Assembly: GCF_964188315.1 (NCBI RefSeq)
Contig: NC_135661.1
Coordinates: forward strand, 74,338,001-74,402,000
Source of the DNA: Podarcis muralis
Taxonomy: Eukaryota
Length of the DNA stretch: 64,000 nucleotides
Direction of reading: 5' to 3'
Shown here: positions 61,826 through 64,000 of the stretch, piece after piece
Layout: each line of letters begins with the position of its first letter
Numbering within the stretch: position 1 is the stretch's first letter
Notes under the pieces: generated by a model
What the model saw: the letters and a program-made list of their open reading frames with translations, nothing else
Database searches by the model: none
Told to the model about the DNA's origin: nothing
Made by a program: the position numbers and the translations under genes

Positions 61826-61996
61826 TCAGTCCAGTGGGTGCTGGTTTTGCAGTTGCCAATACAAAGTTGCCATTATGATGATATACATAATGAAGCAGAA
61901 GCAGCCCACTCCGAGGGCTGTGTGGTTCAAGATGCGAGCCATCCTGGAGTTTCGCTTGGCAGCTATCACATCTCCATTAAAGTTGCCTTCTTGGGT
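61826..61996 (-). CDS. D5 coding exon 2 (56 aa + stop)
   Basis: Acceptor tctctctttctccacag|ACC; TQEGNFNGDVIAAKRNSRMARILNHTALGVGCFCFIMYIIIMATLYWQLQNQHPLD*. Confidence 0.9.
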   Translation of the reverse strand, partial: TQEGNFNGDVIAAKRNSRMARILNHTALGVGCFCFIMYIIIMATLYWQLQNQHPLD

Positions 61997-62068
61997 CTGT
62001 GGAGAAAGAGAGAGAGAACTGGTGGCAAATGTAAAGGAGAAGTAGACCTGTGCATCACCAGCAAGGTA

Positions 62069-62319
62069 CAGTGATACCTTGGTTGTCGAACTGCTTGGCT
62101 CCTGAACAAATCGGCTCCCGAACGCCTCAAACCTGGAAGTAAGTGTTCTGGTTTGTGAACGTTTTTTGGAAGGCGAACTACTGACGTGGCTTCTGTGGCT
62201 TCCAATTGAGTGCAGGAAGCTCTTGCAGCCAATTGGAAGCTGCACCTTGGTTTCTGAATGGTTCTGGGAGTCAAAGGGACTCCCGGAATGGATTAAGTTC
62301 GACAACCAAGGGACCACTG
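62069..62319. mobile_element. Tigger-type MITE in the D5 intron; related elements at 41442-41904 and about 57704-57950
   Basis: TA-CAGTGATACCTTGG...CCAAGGGACCACTG-TA; absent from the paralogous D4 intron. Confidence 0.8.
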
Positions 62320-63445
62320 TACTCCAAAACTCCAGATAACCCCACTCAGTGGTTTTATGTCGCTGTTAAACAGCAGAGGGGATAAAATCAAACCCAGAGG
62401 AACCCCACACTGAAGGGTCCAGGGGGTCGAAGAGCACTCCCTGAGCATCACCTTCTAGAAATGACCATCCAAGTAGGACCTGGGCCACCATGAAACAGGC
62501 CACCCACCCCTAACTCAGAAAGCTGCCCAGCAGCTCAGACAAAGCCTCGTTTGTGAAAACAAATGCCCCAAAGAATCCATGCAACTTTAAAGTGGTCATC
62601 AGAGACTCTTTCCTGTTTCGCTGCAACAGGCTAACCCAGCTGTCTCTCTGGATGTTGGCTGCCTGAGAGCCATCCTGCGCCCGCAGGGGAACAGGAGTAA
62701 AGTCCTCTTTAGGTGGTGAGGTGCAGGACTCCGAAACGAAAGGAGGAAGGCTACGCAGGAGACACCCCAGAAAGATTGCTACCCAAAGTGCCTGTGGGGC
62801 CAGTGTCTGACTCCTCATTGGTCAGAGGCTGTGACAATGTCACACTTAGACTTGGAGGACCCACTACAAGCAGGGAATCCTCGGCTCCACCATAGCAACA
62901 AGAGACCAATGCAGAGGACTGGGCCCCTTTAAGCAAAGCAAAAACTTTCAGCGCTGGCGGAGGCAGCTGTGCTGAGGCTCATTTTATTTCCTGCTGAAGC
63001 GTAGGAGATTCAGAGTTGCAGATCTTAGCTTGAGCCCCTCCAGCCAGCTGGAACCCTCCTGCACACAGACGTGATTCAGTCCCCTCTCTAGACCTCACCC
63101 TGCCTGAGTTTTGCCTTGACTGAGCAAAAGCAACATCTGAGCGATCCCCTTATCCTGTTCTCTTTGAAACCACCACCCACTTTGTGCTCTGCCATTTCTC
63201 CCTGTCCCTGTGGACAACACGGTGGCTTGAATTATTGGGGTGGGGAAAGGGCCCCCAAACCTTGAAATCCAGAACCCTTAGGCTCACCTGCCCCCCCGAA
63301 TTTCAGCTACAAAACAAGCCACCCTGTAGCCTTCTACAGGCCTCTGCTACTGGGGCCACCAGAAAAGGTCATGGGGCCTATTGGACTGCCTGTTATTATA
63401 GCACTACATCTCCCCCAGCCCAAAGAAAAAGAGGGAGGAGCTCAC

Positions 63446-63784
63446 CTTTATAGAGTAAACTAAGGCAGCAATGCCCAGGGGGAGGCAGCAGCAAAGCATG
63501 GTACAGATAGAGTAGGCCAGGTAATCAGGCTCCTTGGCAGGTGGACCACAAATGATGACGGTGGCCTGCGGAGGTTGAAGAATCGGAAACTGGTGGGATC
63601 CAGCACCAGCTGCAACATAATGTTGGTACTGGGATGGCACAGGGTTAGAGGGCCAGCCCATGCGACGGGGTTCTGATCCAGAAAGAGATTTAGCTGGCTC
63701 AGGGTCTTCATGGGAGTCTTTTTCAGAGTAAGGAGGTGGATCCTGAGCGATGGGTTCCTCTTTCAGCCTCTCGTAGTTGCTCAT
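63446..63784 (-). CDS. D5 CD225/dispanin-family protein, coding exon 1 (113 aa; splices to 61996)
   Basis: ttcaccATG at 63784; MSNYERL...PPPY...EPDYLAYSICTMLCCCLPLGIAALVYSIK; donor AAG|GTGAGC, phase 0. Confidence 0.93.
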
Positions 63785-64000
63785 GGTGAACGGCCTGCTC
63801 TCCTTTTCCTTTTTGGTGTTCCCTGAACGCAGCCTCTAAAGTCTTTCGCTCTGCTCCTCCTCAGCTGTCTGTGATTAGCTGCTGGTGCTTTACGCTTCCT
63901 CCCCTCGGCCGCCCCCTCCAGCCCTTCTCCCCCTCCCCTCTTCCTCTTTCTGCAAACTTCAGTCTTTTTTTTTGTCTGGGAGCTGGCTTTACATTGCCGG

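Noticed and set aside
62695-62745. Hammerhead-like CGAAAC with a nearby stem in the D5 intron
   Set aside because: Lacks the CUGANGA core.

Overview
Vertebrate genomic DNA from a squamate reptile, probably a lacertid lizard. This is inferred from Sauria SINEs, Bov-B and the other repeat families. There are three N gaps (38613-38808, 49359-49591, 52876-53121). The only host genes I can support form a head-to-tail, minus-strand array of five intact two-exon CD225/dispanin (IFITM/PRRT/SYNDIG superfamily) genes, here D1-D5 (173, 176, 196, 171 and 169 aa). One extra orphan exon 2 with two nonsense codons is also present. All five genes have a Pro/Tyr-rich N-terminus, a PD(Y/H)LxYSIxTxLCCCLPLGIAAL core, a phase-0 GT-AG intron at the same site, and a C-terminal TM helix. 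D2/D3 and D4/D5 are recognisable segmental duplicate pairs. D3 has its C-terminus, stop codon and a likely polyA signal supplied by an ERV 5' LTR that has a tRNA-Arg-like PBS. D3 also has a 30-bp coding repeat expanded from 2 to 5 copies and a relocated YxxPhi motif. The rest of the window is mobile DNA: a full-length Bov-B LINE with an intact ORF and an 11-bp TSD, a Penelope-like element arranged as a 1474-bp inverted repeat with hammerhead-ribozyme motifs, L2 and L1 fragments (one twin-primed), solo LTRs, SINEs and MITEs. All alignments were done by eye and no database searches were run.
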